NCBI RefSeq assembly: GCF_006345805.1
Contig: NC_043002.1
Location: forward strand, 113,832,001 to 113,896,000
Length of the DNA stretch: 64,000 bases
DNA from: Octopus sinensis
Taxonomy: Eukaryota
Reading direction: 5' to 3'
In this document: piece after piece, positions 23,921 to 36,287 of the stretch
Layout: every line of letters starts with the position of its first letter
Position numbering within the stretch: position 1 is the first letter of the stretch
Made by a program: the position numbers and the translations under genes
Notes under the pieces: model-generated
The model's database searches: none
Told to the model about the DNA's origin: nothing
The model's input: only the letters and a program-made list of their open reading frames with translations

Positions 23921-25046
23921 GTGAGAAAGGCTTGATCTTTCCTTCTCTAATTTCCAGTGAATGGTGGAATCCAACCAGGGCTGATGCAGCTTAAAAGCCA
24001 TACTGACTACAGAGGCGCCAAGAGTGCAAACTTTGTTACCACAACTGGTGTGGAAGAGAAGAGGAGCCATAAACTTCTCTGCACATCCCATGCTGGTGCG
24101 TATCTTTATAACCACATCTGCTGGAACCAATATGGAAGTTTATAGTAGTGACTGGTGAAAATGCTTCTGAACATATTTTGAGTGCATAAATAACCAGATG
24201 TTCACGTCTTGATGACCATAATGGCATGACCATAATGGCATGACCTTTACCACTCTACAGTTATTCGAAAGGGCATGACATTCTTTCCCATATGCTATGT
24301 ATGATCCATTCTCAACAAATGTCAGAAGATTTATGAGTTACATTTGGTGCAAAATAGATTTTACTGGTTTCTTGTGGTCAGCTATTTTCAATACTTTCTC
24401 TTAAAAAAAAACCTCTGCAAGAAAATAGAAGATCACAGGCGCAAAGGATGAGTATCGCTGTTTTAAAACAATCATCCCATCAATCATCCACACACCTTTT
24501 GTAGTTATTAAGTCTACAGCTTTGTTTTCCACGGCTGAATGATGTCTTGGCCTTAACCAGAGACGTTAATAGTACCAAACCAAGACAATAAGACATGAAG
24601 TATTTAATATTAATATTCTGCAACTTTGTGATGTAAACCTACTTTGGAAGCAATCTCCTACCATGCTTCATATTACTGCTTTCTTTCAATTTTTGTCTTT
24701 CTTTTTATTTCTTTAAATGTTGCAAGATTCAGATGTTGATTGGGTCAAAGAAGGCATTGCTTTATTTACATTGTTATTATAAAAGGATGCAACACTACTG
24801 GCACCAGCTTCTGCTTCCAACAAGTCTTGCTTCGCTTTATAAGGAGCAGCAATACTTGAAGACAAATGTACCTGCAACATTGATTGCACATGCTACATAT
24901 TGGATCAATGATATCTTCTATATTCTTCACATCATGCTTGATTCTACTGAGGTCTAGATATTCTCTGAGTCTTTATCTTCTTGTTTTGTTATTTTGTTCT
25001 GCATGTATTTATTTGAACAGTGGAATATTCTTCCTCAGGAAACATC

Positions 25047-25347
25047 TAATGCTTCCTTCACTCTCTTCATCTGCTCGACATCTGATTGCCGCCTCGACTG
25101 GCTTCTGTGCTGGTGGCACATAAAAAGCACCAACCAGTCGTGGCCGATGCCAGACCCCTCTGGCACCTGTGCAGGTGGCACGTAAAAAGCACCCACTACA
25201 CTCGTGGAGTGGTTGGTGTTAGGAAGGGCATCCAGCTGTAGAAACACTGCCAGATCAGACTGGAGCCTGGAGCAGCCCCTGGCTCCCCAAACCCCGGTCG
25301 AACTGTCCAACCCGTGCTAGCACGGAAAACGGACGTTAAACGATGAT
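25047..25347 (+). mobile_element. SINE-like family A (A2)
   Basis: Two 5' units, ggtgttaggaagggcatccagctgtagaaac, (TGA)n tail. Confidence 0.85.
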
Positions 25348-25950
25348 GATGATGATGATGATAATGATTTTCTAAGTGGGTTTTTTTTTACATCCTGGAC
25401 AGTAACTAGTTCATCATCCAGTTAGCTCATGTCAGTTCCCACATCTGCTCAATGGCAACAAAATGTAACATCAAAAAATGAGATATTACAAAAAGGCATT
25501 GCATTAAGTGGTAAACTACAATTCTGTCAAGAGAGGGGGGGGGGCAAGTGGATGCAATTCAATATATCAGGAATTCAAATTGAGTAGATTTAAGAAAAAT
25601 AAAGTTAAAACATTTGGTATTATATATTAAAAGTGAGAAAAATTCATGCATAAAACTCTAAGTTTTTTGTTCTTAACAAAAAAAAAAACTGTCAAATAAC
25701 AATATGCTGAAATCATTTTTCAATAATATTATAGTGAAATTCTTGTTTCAATTTAAAATGCAATTCCATTGTTCTTATCAAAAACTAAAAAACAGAAACA
25801 CTTCTTCACAGTTCGTGCTTCAATTTAAGAGAATGAAAGACAGTCATCATGCAATACTGACTCATTATTACCAAGCCAATACAGCAGAGGTCAGAATGGA
25901 ATACATACCAAGGTTACAATATTGTTTTTTGTTCATGATTAGGAAACAGA

Positions 25951-26173
25951 TTTTTTTTTTTTTTTTTTGTACTTGTTTCAGTCATTTGACTGCGGCCATG
26001 CTGGAGCACCGCCTTTAGAGTACAGCAGGGATCACCACCATCCCCTGCCGGAGCCTCGTGGAGCTTTTAGGTGTTTTCGCTCAATAAACACACACAACGC
26101 CCGGTCTGGGAATCGAAACCGCGATCCTCCGACCGCAAGTCCGCTGCCCTAACCACTGGGCCATTGCGCCTCC
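25951..26173 (-). mobile_element. Chimeric SINE: family-F head joined to family-B 3' tail and poly(A)
   Basis: Minus strand: ggaggcgcaatggcccagtggttagggcagcggacttgcggtc...gatccctgctgtactct|aaaggcggtgctccagcatggccgcagtcaaatgactgaaacaagtac(A)n. Confidence 0.85.
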
Positions 26174-26537
26174 ACATGTTTATAAAAAAATTTTCATTTT
26201 CTAAATTATGTTTTTGTACTCAGTCATTCATGATTATTGTTTTTTCATCTCTCTTATTTTCTACATTATGAACAGTTTTGTTGTTATTGTGGTCTAGGTA
26301 TCAATTTCACTACCTCTGAAATTAAATTCCAATCAAATTGTCAAGTTGCATTGCATTTCCTCAAGGTTGTGTTGTCTGAAAACAACATATTGGCAATGCT
26401 GATTGGTCAATTGCAGTCAATCTTGTGATGGCTAAAAAGCAGGATTCCTATGAAAATACAAAAACCAAACTAATTACAGCGTGATACATATTAGCCATTC
26501 AAAAACTTAACTTCACTTAAATATTTATTATTTGTTA

Positions 26538-26938
26538 CTAGCAGTATCGCCCGGCGTTGCTCGGGTTTGTAAGGGAAATAACTATATAAGCAATTTTTAG
26601 AGATGTAAAGTATAATAGCCATCTCAATATGGCTAACCACAAAGGGGGGGGTGTTACTGTAGCTTTTTACATTCTGAGATCTAATAATACATTTTTAGAG
26701 AGTTACTTCCCTTATATAATTGCAAAAAAATGAATTAAAAATGGGAAAAAATGATGGTAAATTTTTTATAAAATCGTAGACTCATCGTAGACGCGCGCTA
26801 ATACCCAGAAGGGCTCGATATGAATCACGACTATAAGATACCCGGTTTTGATTACACTGCACTGCAAAATGTGGGAGTAGTTAGGAATCTAAATCGTAGG
26901 AGACAGACAGCACACAACCTTACTTTTATATATAAAGA
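26538..26938 (-). mobile_element. Non-autonomous Helitron
   Basis: Minus strand A|TCtttatatataaaag...cccgagcaacgccgggcgatactgCTAG|T: canonical A/T insertion site, 3' hairpin, no TSD. Confidence 0.85.
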
Positions 26939-27519
26939 TTTGGTGTCTAACTTTTCATTGCAGGAAACTACAACCTGGTCACTAACAAGATTACACAGCA
27001 GTATAATGTTTAAGTGGCAGAAACATTCTTTGTGTGTTTTTGAATAGCTATTGTGTCTTCCTGTATAAAATATGTCAACACATTCCTAACTATAACTATA
27101 TTAGTACAGAAAACATTCAACTAAAGGATGAGAATAAATTCAATTGGTGACAAAAATCTACAAAAAAAGAAAAAATGATAATTGTCCGAAATGCCATAAT
27201 CATGATAATTTAGGTGAACAAAAGATCTTAATTGTATCTAGTAACAAATATTTCATTATATATTTTAATTCTTTACAGTAATTGCAAATAAAACTGAAAA
27301 CCAAACGCCTTTGCAGTGTGGACTCTGTTTTAAAGAGTTCTGAATTCTTTAGTTTTTTGGGGTTTTTTTTCTTTCTGCAAAGTGTTGGTATTTGTAACAA
27401 TAGTTGTAATATGGATCGATCTGGTAAGTTTTCTAAAAGTAACACCTCATTTTATTACAGCAACAACGACATCTAAGAAAAATGGCAGCAGCCAACCAGT
27501 GAAGACCAAGTCCAGCAGC

Positions 27520-28065
27520 ACAGGTTACAGTGGTTTGGTCATGTCTGCAGGATGAGTACCGGAAGACTGCCACACCAATTTTTGTGGTGGCAGTGAACCA
27601 CACACTAGAGAATGCAGTGCACTGCACCAAAGAAGACATGGGCAAAAAATGTTGAGGAAGACCTGAAGTCAGAGAGCCTTGACCTCAAGCATGCTAAGGC
27701 CAGTGCTATGGACTGGAAAGCATAGAATAAACATTATCACCAGAATCCATCATCCAATGGCACCCACAGCAGTGTATTGGTTGAGAGGACAGCCTGCCCC
27801 CTCTGGTTACAAGATAAGGATTTTGCTACTACTACTACTACTCCTACAACTGCAACTTATTTACAAAGGTCAATAAGAAGACATGGATGAAACAAATTGA
27901 GGAAGGCCTGAAGTCACAGTGTCTTGACTTAAAGCATGCTAAAGCCAGCACCATGGATTGGAAAGCATGGAATAACATCATCACCAGAGTCCATCGTTCA
28001 GTGGCATCCACAACAGCATATTGGTTGAAAGGACAACCTCCCACTCTGGTCACCAGCTAAGGATT
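27520..28065 (+). mobile_element. RTE-type LINE 3' end followed by a second diverged copy of its last ~200 bp
   Basis: VQQHRLQWFGHVCRMSTGRLPHQF...KKTW; segments 27625-27820 and 27870-28065 align, each ending ...aaggatttt(act)n. Confidence 0.75.
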
Positions 28066-28751
28066 TTACTTACTTACACGTGTGTAACTCATTCTGTCTG
28101 AACAGAGAAAACACTGCGTCTAACAAGATAATCTTTCAAGAACTAGTACATATGCCCTCTCGTCAGTTTTATACAGGAGTGTCAAGTGATAGCAATTGCA
28201 TTTAACTGTAAGGTTTCTCATTCAACAAGCATTAAACATTCTTATTAACAAAAACTTGCTTGTACAGATAAAATAACTAAGTGGTACTTAACCAAATGAA
28301 CAGAAATTACAAAACCAACAGGTTATTTACTATGTCATGCCATGTCACTAGTCTGGAGACATTGCAGAGTAGTAACAACCACAGTTAACACCAGCAATAG
28401 CAATATTGTAAAACTAACAAGTATTTCAATTGCTTGTAGGACTGAATACAGTTCTATTAATAGACAGAGAAGGGTGGAGCTTTTTAAGCTGTCCTGTTCC
28501 AGATACCTGTAGGCGAAGCTTGGACAGCCCTTTTCTAGTAGTGGGCCTATTGTGTTATTGTGTGCGTTATAACTCAGCCAATGCCACTGAAAAGAATGAC
28601 TCAATAAGCAATGTATGTAATACACTCTATAGTTACACTAAGCAAATAAGAGAGAGAGAGAGAGAAATGAAATTGTTCAAATTAACAGAGGGAGGCCTAA
28701 ACATATTGTTTAAATTTAAATAAAATATTATATTTATATAAACAATTGCAG

Positions 28752-29196
28752 CGTGGAAGGTGTTTATAAGCCATTTAAGAAACACTCAAAACCGTTAGAT
28801 TCACTTCAACATTTAAATTTAATCTGTCAAAATATGTTGAAGTGAATCTAATGGTTTTTGTGTGTTTCTTAAATGGCTTATAAACACCTTCCACGAGTGG
28901 CTTGTAAACGTATCTAACTCGCTTTCGCTCGTTAGATACGTTTACAAGCCACTCGTTGTAATAAATACGGTATCCATAGGGAATGAGCTCGGTATTTTAT
29001 TTATTACACACGAATAAACGACCATATTTTATTAAACCAATAACTAAATTCTTCACGTTTAGTTGTAACTTATGAATGACAAAAGTTGTGCCGTCACCGT
29101 GACCTCGGGTCATCACCATGAATTGACCAATCAGAAGCAGCGCTGTCACCGTGACCTCGGGTCATCACCATGGATTGACCAATCAGAAGCAGCGCT
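28752..29196. repeat. Cluster of three hairpins followed by a 52-bp tandem duplication
   Basis: IR 28752-28812/28834-28895; perfect 25-bp IR 28894-28918/28931-28955; short IR tgtaataaata/tatttattaca; 52-bp units at 29093 and 29145. Confidence 0.85.
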
Positions 29197-29389
29197 CGCA
29201 GTATCTGACATATATTAGATACCAAAAATATCTCAAAGTGTTCTCACTCACATGTGTGTAATAATGTATTCTTATATATACTGTCTGACTGTGGGATGGG
29301 GAAGTTTGGAGAGTCTTTGATTGCAAGTTAGCTCAATCAGGGCTGACTTGAGGTTAAGCAACAACAGCAAAAGAATTCTATAAGTTATA

Positions 29390-29720
29390 GTTGAAAATAA
29401 ACAAATCTATCTGGCATTTGTTGACTCAGAAGTAGAAAAGGTTTTCAATGGGCAATCAGAATGCTTGATGTGATATGGATGAATGGTTCATTAGAGTAGT
29501 TCAGGAATTGTACAAAGCTGACAAAAGCAGAGTCAAGATTAGAAGTCAACAGAAAAGCTGAACGCAAATGTGAAATCAACTGGTCAAAGAGATATATGAA
29601 AGAGAATTAATTATGTTAATATGGATGTGTAATGTAAACAAATTACAAACACTGAATGGCAGAGGCACATGCAACACATGTAGACCAAGAAAGACTTGGG
29701 TAGTAGTGCAGTTTGATCAT
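29390..29720 (+). mobile_element. Highly degraded RTE-type LINE remnant
   Basis: IYLAFVD..., DEWFIRVVQELYKADKSRVKI and RPRKTW-like motifs in broken frames. Confidence 0.55.
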
Positions 29721-30085
29721 GCTTCCCAGAATAAGGATACTTTAGAGAGATAGCCAACTCATGGCAGCAGGGGAAAATAAATCTTAAAATGAGGATAATG
29801 AGATGATTGCATTATATTTTTGTTTATGAAGTAACTATGGATTAAGCAATTCAATTTAATCCAGGCCTATACTTCCTTTAACACATGATCTTCTGTAAGA
29901 GTATCAACTTAAAAAATAAAATTCAGAAAAAATCTTAAATAAGATCTAGACATTTTGAAACTATGATAGATATCATCTTCAATGTAAATATTATAGTGAT
30001 TAAAATTTTAAATGCAATTTTTCTTATTATAAAAAACAATTTACTATATGGAGCAATTAGCTATATCAAATACTAATTATATTAC

Positions 30086-30098
30086 CTAAATTAACCAT
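30086..30098 (-). CDS. Tentative start micro-exon of the PLEKHF2-like gene (M-V-N-L + G)
   Basis: Minus strand ATG GTT AAT TTA G|gtaata. A phase-1 donor would give MVNL-V-NSDSN, compared with conserved MVDRLVNS. Correct strand and phase with an in-frame stop upstream, but short enough to be chance. Confidence 0.2.
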
Positions 30099-30885
30099 AT
30101 TTAATAATTTCAGCCAGCCATCTTCTCCACCCACTATTCCTAGAGTACTTAGGTGGGCTGGTATCAAAAGTGTTAATATCTTCTTGGTTTTGCCTTATGC
30201 TTTAGCAGGTGAAATTTCATCCCTTGAGGATGCAGAAGTGTACCTCCACATAGTTTTGTATTTACAGCTCACTCATTAGCAGAAATATCATTATTTTCAA
30301 CTGTAAATGCAATACTAAGTGGCTCTTTCAGAATTATAAGTCAAACAAAATTGCACCCACAAAAGTGTATTTACTGGTTCAAAGGATTAACCTGTTCGTT
30401 AACAGAGCATGAAGGAAAATAATTAAAGAAAGAAAACAAGGTAAGGAAGGGAAAATGAAAAAAAAAGTAAAGATGTAAAAAAAAGGATGAAAGAAGACTG
30501 AAAAAACATGAAGAAATTCTGAGAAAATAAAGAGGAACCCAAGAAAAGAAAGAAAAACAAAATGATAAAGAAAAAAGAAAAGATCTTTAATCTGAGCCAA
30601 TTTTACAGAAGACACATTTAAACAGGAATACAATATGTTCACCTTTTCTATAATATTTACATTTAGTATTTTCCAAACGAGAAAAAAGAGATTAATTATC
30701 TTTTATATGTAGCACTGATTACCAATATACAAAACTGGGATGAGCGATAGAGTACGACTTGATTGCCAATATATAAGATTCTGATAAGCAACAGAATAGG
30801 ACTGATAGCCTACATATACACACACACACATATACACATTTCTGTGTATCTGGCGGTTGAAGAAATAGATGGTATAGACAAATAT

Positions 30886-31120
30886 AGGCGGCGAGCTGGC
30901 AGAAACGTTAGCACGCCGGACGAAATGCGTAGCCATATTTCGTCCATCGTTACATTGTGAGTTCAAATTCCGCCGAAGTTGACTTTGCCTTTCATCCTTT
31001 CGGGGTCGATAAATTAAGTACCAGTTATGCACTGGATCGATGTAATCGACTTAATACCTATGTCTGTCCTTGTTTGTCCCCCTGTGTTTAGCCCCTTGTG
31101 GGTAGTAAAGAAATAGGTAT
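30886..31120 (+). mobile_element. SINE family D1, full length with 15-bp TSD
   Basis: ggtatagacaaatat at 30871-30885 and 31116-31130. Confidence 0.9.
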
Positions 31121-31319
31121 AGACAAATATTTCAATGTGTGTGTATATATATATATATATATATAATTTCAACAATTGAGGGTAAAATTAATTAATTATT
31201 AATCAATTTCACCAAGTATTCAGTATGTAAAGGGACCATTTTAAATAATAATAATAATGAAATTATTGTATACAGTGCTAAGGGGCACCACAACTTGTCA
31301 AAAGTGCATATAAAGCATG

Positions 31320-31590
31320 TGCCTTAATGTACAAATGTCTGGGAAGTGAACAGTGTATGAGTCAGATACATGCTTGCGTGTCTATGGAGGGGAGAAAAAT
31401 CAGGTGTAGTGTTGGCGAATCTCAGGAAGCATGGAAGTTTTGAAGGATGCAGTGCTCCGACAACTAACAACTGATGCTGGCAGTTTGTTCCAAGCTTCAG
31501 CAACTCTTGGTGTGAAAAAATGTTTCTGAAAGTCATGGGAGCTGTGCTGTTTTCTGACTTTGTAAACATGTCCATGGGTGTTAGATAGAT
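31320..31590 (-). mobile_element. CR1-clade LINE 3' end
   Basis: Minus strand frame NTHGHVYKVRKQHSSHDFQKHFFTPRVAEAWNKLPASVVSCRSTASFK, matching the CR1 terminal motif RGHxxK...FFxxRVxxxWNxLP. Confidence 0.85.
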
Positions 31591-32560
31591 GGAGTTTTAA
31601 GCAAATATAGTTCTTACAGATGAAAAAATTTATTGGCTACAGAAGAAAGACTGAGTTTTGTAATATTCATGCTCTTCTTAAGACTGGAGAGATATTAAAT
31701 AAAATGAAAGAATTACTAATGTAACATGACTGAAAACAGGTTGTGATATTTATAATAAATATTATATAAACAAGGCTTTTACTGCTTTATCCTAAGACAG
31801 TCTCTACATCTTTCATTACCAATGGCTTTTTACACATTTGCCGTTTTTGTTCTTACAGCTTTGTTCATTTTGTCCTAAAGTAGATTAAAAGGGACAAGTA
31901 ACCTTAGGCGAATTCAAAATATATATATATATATATATAGACAAATATTTCAATTTGGGAGGGGTGGTGGTACTTATTTAGTCTATTTTTATGTGAAAAC
32001 ATACAACATTTAATTGAAACAGCTTTGCAGACTTGTAATAGAATCCAAAGACACTGAAAGCAACAAGATCATTGAACATGTTTTCCTATTTATCAATGGC
32101 ATATTTCTACTTCATAGATATGGGCACAGGCATGACTATGTGGTAAGAAGCTTGCATCCAAACCACATGGTTCCAGGTTCAGTCCCACAGCATGGCACCT
32201 TGACCAGGTGCCGCCTACTGCTGACCAAAGCCTTGCAAATGGATATGGTAAAAAGAGACTGAAAGAAGTTCGCCATATATATATATATGTATTTGTGTGT
32301 GAGTATATCTCTGTGTCTGTATTTGTGCCACCACTACCACTGGACAACTGGTGTTGGTGTGTTTACATCCCTGTAACTTAGTGGTTCAGCTAAAGAAACT
32401 GATAGATAATGTAGTCTTGGGTCACTGTTTCTAGGAGAGACAGGATCATAGGTTTACATGATTACAGCTGACCTAGGGCTAAAAACCACCACCACCACCA
32501 TGTACATAAATTATAACGTAACTCTGTGGGAAATAAGAGCATTGATTGTTTAATCAATTA

Positions 32561-32958
32561 CAGTAATCGCTCACCATATTGTGGTTCACCTATCATGCCT
32601 TGAGTACATCGTGGATGTTTCTGGCTAATATATGTAAATTTGTATCACGGGTTTCTGCAGCCGATAGGTATTTACATTTTTTTAGATTCTAATTATTTCT
32701 GTGGTAAAATAAGCGTTTTCATGCCCCAAAATTAATAAATTAATAAATAAAGATACATTGCTGTACTGTATAACACATTAATTAAAATATATTAAAAGAA
32801 AATACGTAGTGTATCATAGATGAATAAACAAAGAATTGCACATATTGTATGGAAAACGAAACTCGGGAGGCGAGTGTGGGGTGTCGTTTTGCATAGATTT
32901 TCACCTATCGCAGGGGTGGGGGTGGAACGTAATACCCGCAATAGTTGAAGGATTACTG
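32561..32958. mobile_element. Tc1/mariner (pogo/Tigger-like) MITE
   Basis: TA|CAGTAATCgctcaccatattgtgg ... cccgcaatagttgaagGATTACTG; imperfect ~24-bp TIR. Confidence 0.55.
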
Positions 32959-33477
32959 CTGTATTGTTCTTATTTTATAATTTAAATTGGAGCAAATGTG
33001 AAGAGATAAATGACTTTCATTACAGTAAAGATGTCAAACTTTCAAATCTTGGAAGTATGATTTGTAACTAAAATGATATTAGCTCTATGTCCTTGATAAA
33101 CTGGAAAAGCAAGAAAATGTTGCCAGTTTCGCGTGTGTGTGTATAAGGAAACAACAAACAGCATGTGTACATGCAAGATTTATAGCTGTATTCCTGGCTA
33201 TTTGACAGAAGATTTACATTTCAAATAATCAGATATTGGCAGTGGAGGTAGAGAATGAGAATAGCATTCAGGAAGGTTGAGAAAATACATCAATAGAACA
33301 GAAGAAAGTTTCTGTAGACTACAGTGAGTACCTGAAAACATAATGCTAAGACTTTTATCAAAAATCATTTCTGACATTGGCTTGAAGCCAGTTTTTGTAG
33401 GAGAGGTAGAGTTAACTGAATTGACTCCCAGTATATTACTGGGATTTATTTCTTTATCACCAACTACCACCATTCAT

Positions 33478-33947
33478 TATCATCATCATCATCATCATCA
33501 TCTTTTAACGTCTACTTTCCATGCTGGCATGGGTTGGATGGTTTGACAGAGGGCTGGCGAACCAGATGGCTGCACCAGGCTCCAATCTTGATCTGGCAGA
33601 GTTTCTACAGCTGGATGCCCTTCCTAACACCAACCACTCCGAGAGTGTAGTGGGTGCTTTTATGTGCCACCGGTATGGGGGCCAGTCAGGCGGTACTGGC
33701 AACGACCTCGCTCGAATCTTTTACACATGCCACTGGCACAGGTGCCAGTAAGGCGACGTTGGTAATGGTCACGCTCGAATGGTGTCTTTTACGTGCCACA
33801 GGTCAGATAGACACTCTGGCAATGACCACGCTCAGATGGTGCTCTTAATACCCTACTAGCACGGGCCTCGAGTGCCAGTAAGACGACGGTGGTAATGGTC
33901 ATGCTCGAATGGTGCCTTTTAAGTGCCACTGGCACGGAAGCCCGGTT
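33478..33947 (-). mobile_element. SINE-like family A variant with 4-5 diverged 5' units
   Basis: (cat)n ttttaacgtctactttccatgctggcatgggttgg...; repeated gtgccactggcac...gacggtggtaatggtcacgctcgaatggtg. Confidence 0.8.
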
Positions 33948-33959
33948 AGGGATCGTAAA

Positions 33960-34630
33960 AGGAAAGAAAGAGGACAAAAAGGGGGGGGGAATTAAAAAAG
34001 GGGGGGGTGATCAATAGGGATCCTTATCACAGAAATGTCAATATGAAGTGTAAAGGGGAGGACAGGTGAGGTTTACTCGTGGAAAGAAAAGCCTACAGAA
34101 AAGACCATGGTAACCTTGGTCAATAAAGTCACATGTTATATTTCTTTTTTTTTTTTTTTGCAAATAAGCAACTCTCTGTATTAATTTTTACGGTTCATAG
34201 AATCATAGTCAAGGTGGCTTCGTCATTCATACATGCCATCCTTGCTACATTCACCCATCTTTTTTTAAAACATTCACTAGACAAAACTTGCCTCTCTACT
34301 CTCACTTTCCTCTTCAAGTGATACTTGAAGAAGTTGATGAGAGATTGACTAGAGAGGAAAGTGTTTGTCTCCAATCCTTTCAGACGCGTCCACCAGATAC
34401 ATTCTTTCGCCATAGCCACAAGTATGATAAAAATAGCTCTTCCTTCCCGTTTAAAGGAAGGAGGCGTCACGATATTAACGATAGACTCGGCTGATAAACC
34501 GACACGTCCCACACGTGACAGCAGTCGTTCGACATAAGCCCACAGGTCGGACATTGTTGGACACTGCACGATTGCGTGCAGAGCGGTTTCGTCGCTCTGC
34601 CCGCATCTCGGGCAGGTCGTGACAGACAGA
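33960..34630 (-). mobile_element. L1/Tx1-clade LINE 3' end (CCHC zinc knuckle, C-terminus, 3' UTR)
   Basis: TTCPRCGQSDETALHAIVQCPTMSDLW (CX2CX7HX4C), continuing into ORF 34195..34569 (...KECIWWTRLKG...FKKRWV). Confidence 0.85.
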
Positions 34631-35499
34631 TAGATAGGTTGATAGATAAGTAGACATAAATGTCAAGTGATTTGTGAGGTCTGTCGTGAGTGCCAGTCAT
34701 AACATGGAGATCTAGTACAACCTGTTGCATGGGCAGGTCATGAGCACTTAAACCAGCAGCTCCACCAGGTTAGCCGGGTGAGAAGGGTTGTCGGAAACCC
34801 AGAAAGACGAAAAAACAAGACCTGTCAAAAGAATGGATGAACCTAGTGTTAATTCAACAACTATCTAGCAACAACATGGGCACTTAAAAATTCTGAGCTG
34901 GTATTCAGCATGCTGGAAGACTACAGGAAGTGAGGAGCCTCTCTGGTTAAAGCACATCTCTAAAAGAAGGTCACTCGGATATAAAACCAGATATGCAGGG
35001 AGTGGTATTGGACATTTTGCGAATATTTTTGTTTGAGTTTGAGATCATGGCACTTCCACACGAGTCTGTGATGTATATTAGCACTGGATATAGTTTCAGC
35101 TTGTCTTTGAACTAAGTCAATAGGGTAGAGAAGGTCTATGAGGTGCTGTACAAGCCTTATTGGACTTAAAAGTTTGCACACAGTGTGTCAGGGATGATCA
35201 TAAGTTACAGGGAGGTAAACACACTGTCAAGCAGTAGTGAGAGACAAACACATATGATGGGCACCAGCACTGCTTTTTCTTTTCCAAATTCATTCACAAG
35301 GCTGAGGGCTATAGTAGAAGACACTTGCCGAAATTACTGGCAGTATGACTGAATCTTAACACATTGACGCAAAGTAAACTTCTTAACCATACCATCTTGC
35401 CTGCACTTGCCACCCCTCTCTCTCTTGCTTTTTCCCCTCTCGATATTGATAAATTCATGGGTAGTAACTGTGTGTGTTAGAGTTATAACTTCACCAATC

Positions 35500-35620
35500 A
35501 CATGGTTCTGGGTTCAGTCCCACTGCGTGGCACCTTGGGCAAGTGTCTTCTACTATAGCCTCGGGCCAACCAAAGCCTTGTGAGTGGATTTGGTAGACAG
35601 AAACTGAAAGAAGCCTGTTG

Positions 35621-35668
<48 letters not shown>

Positions 35669-35856
35669 TCCCCTTAGCATTGCTTCACAACCGATGCTGG
35701 TGTGTTTACGTCCCCGTAACTTAGCGGTTCGGCAAAAGAGACCGATAGAATAAGTACTGGGCTTACAAAGAATAGTCTCGGGGTCGATTTGATCGACTAA
35801 AGGCGGTGCTCCAGCATGGCCGCAGTCAAATGACTGAAACAAGTAAAAGAGTAAAG
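35500..35856 (+). mobile_element. SINE family B
   Basis: catggttctgggttcagtcccactgcgtgg...(GT)n...gtcaaatgactgaaacaagtaaaagagtaaagag. Confidence 0.9.
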
Positions 35857-36287
35857 AGAAAGAATCATTTGAGCAAAAATTGTATCAAATGTAGGCTGGG
35901 TTACTTTTTTTTAAATTTATATTTTATTTTAGAAATTTTAAATTATTAATCAATGCTTTTGTAGCTCTTAAAGAGTTTTTAGTTCAGACTTTAGAAGCAA
36001 GCAAACAGCAAATAGTACAGCTACAAACCTACAAAGAAATTACTTTGTAGCAGTACAAACAACTGAAGTTTGTTATATATTTTTTAGACAGTTGTGATGT
36101 GAATTAGACAAGGCATGAGAGACCCATTAAATTTAGCGGCAATAAAGTGCTAATTAAAAGAAAATGCAGATACTTTACTGGTAAAATATACTAGCAGGTA
36201 GAGAGATCCATCTCAAAGAGATGGAGAGATGGAGAGAGATGGAGAGAGAAGCTGTATTTTTCTGGTATCATTACTGTTCATTACAGT

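Noticed and set aside
27383-27429. Plus-strand ATG GAT CGA TCT G|GTAAGT (MDRS+G) with an upstream pyrimidine tract, which would complete MDRS-VNSDSN in the right phase
   Set aside because: It is on the opposite strand to the other exons. It would matter only if an inversion, mis-assembly or trans-splicing were shown, and I see no breakpoint evidence.
34900-35260. Possible additional degraded LINE fragment
   Set aside because: Only faint motif resemblance; I could not support a clade or reading frame.
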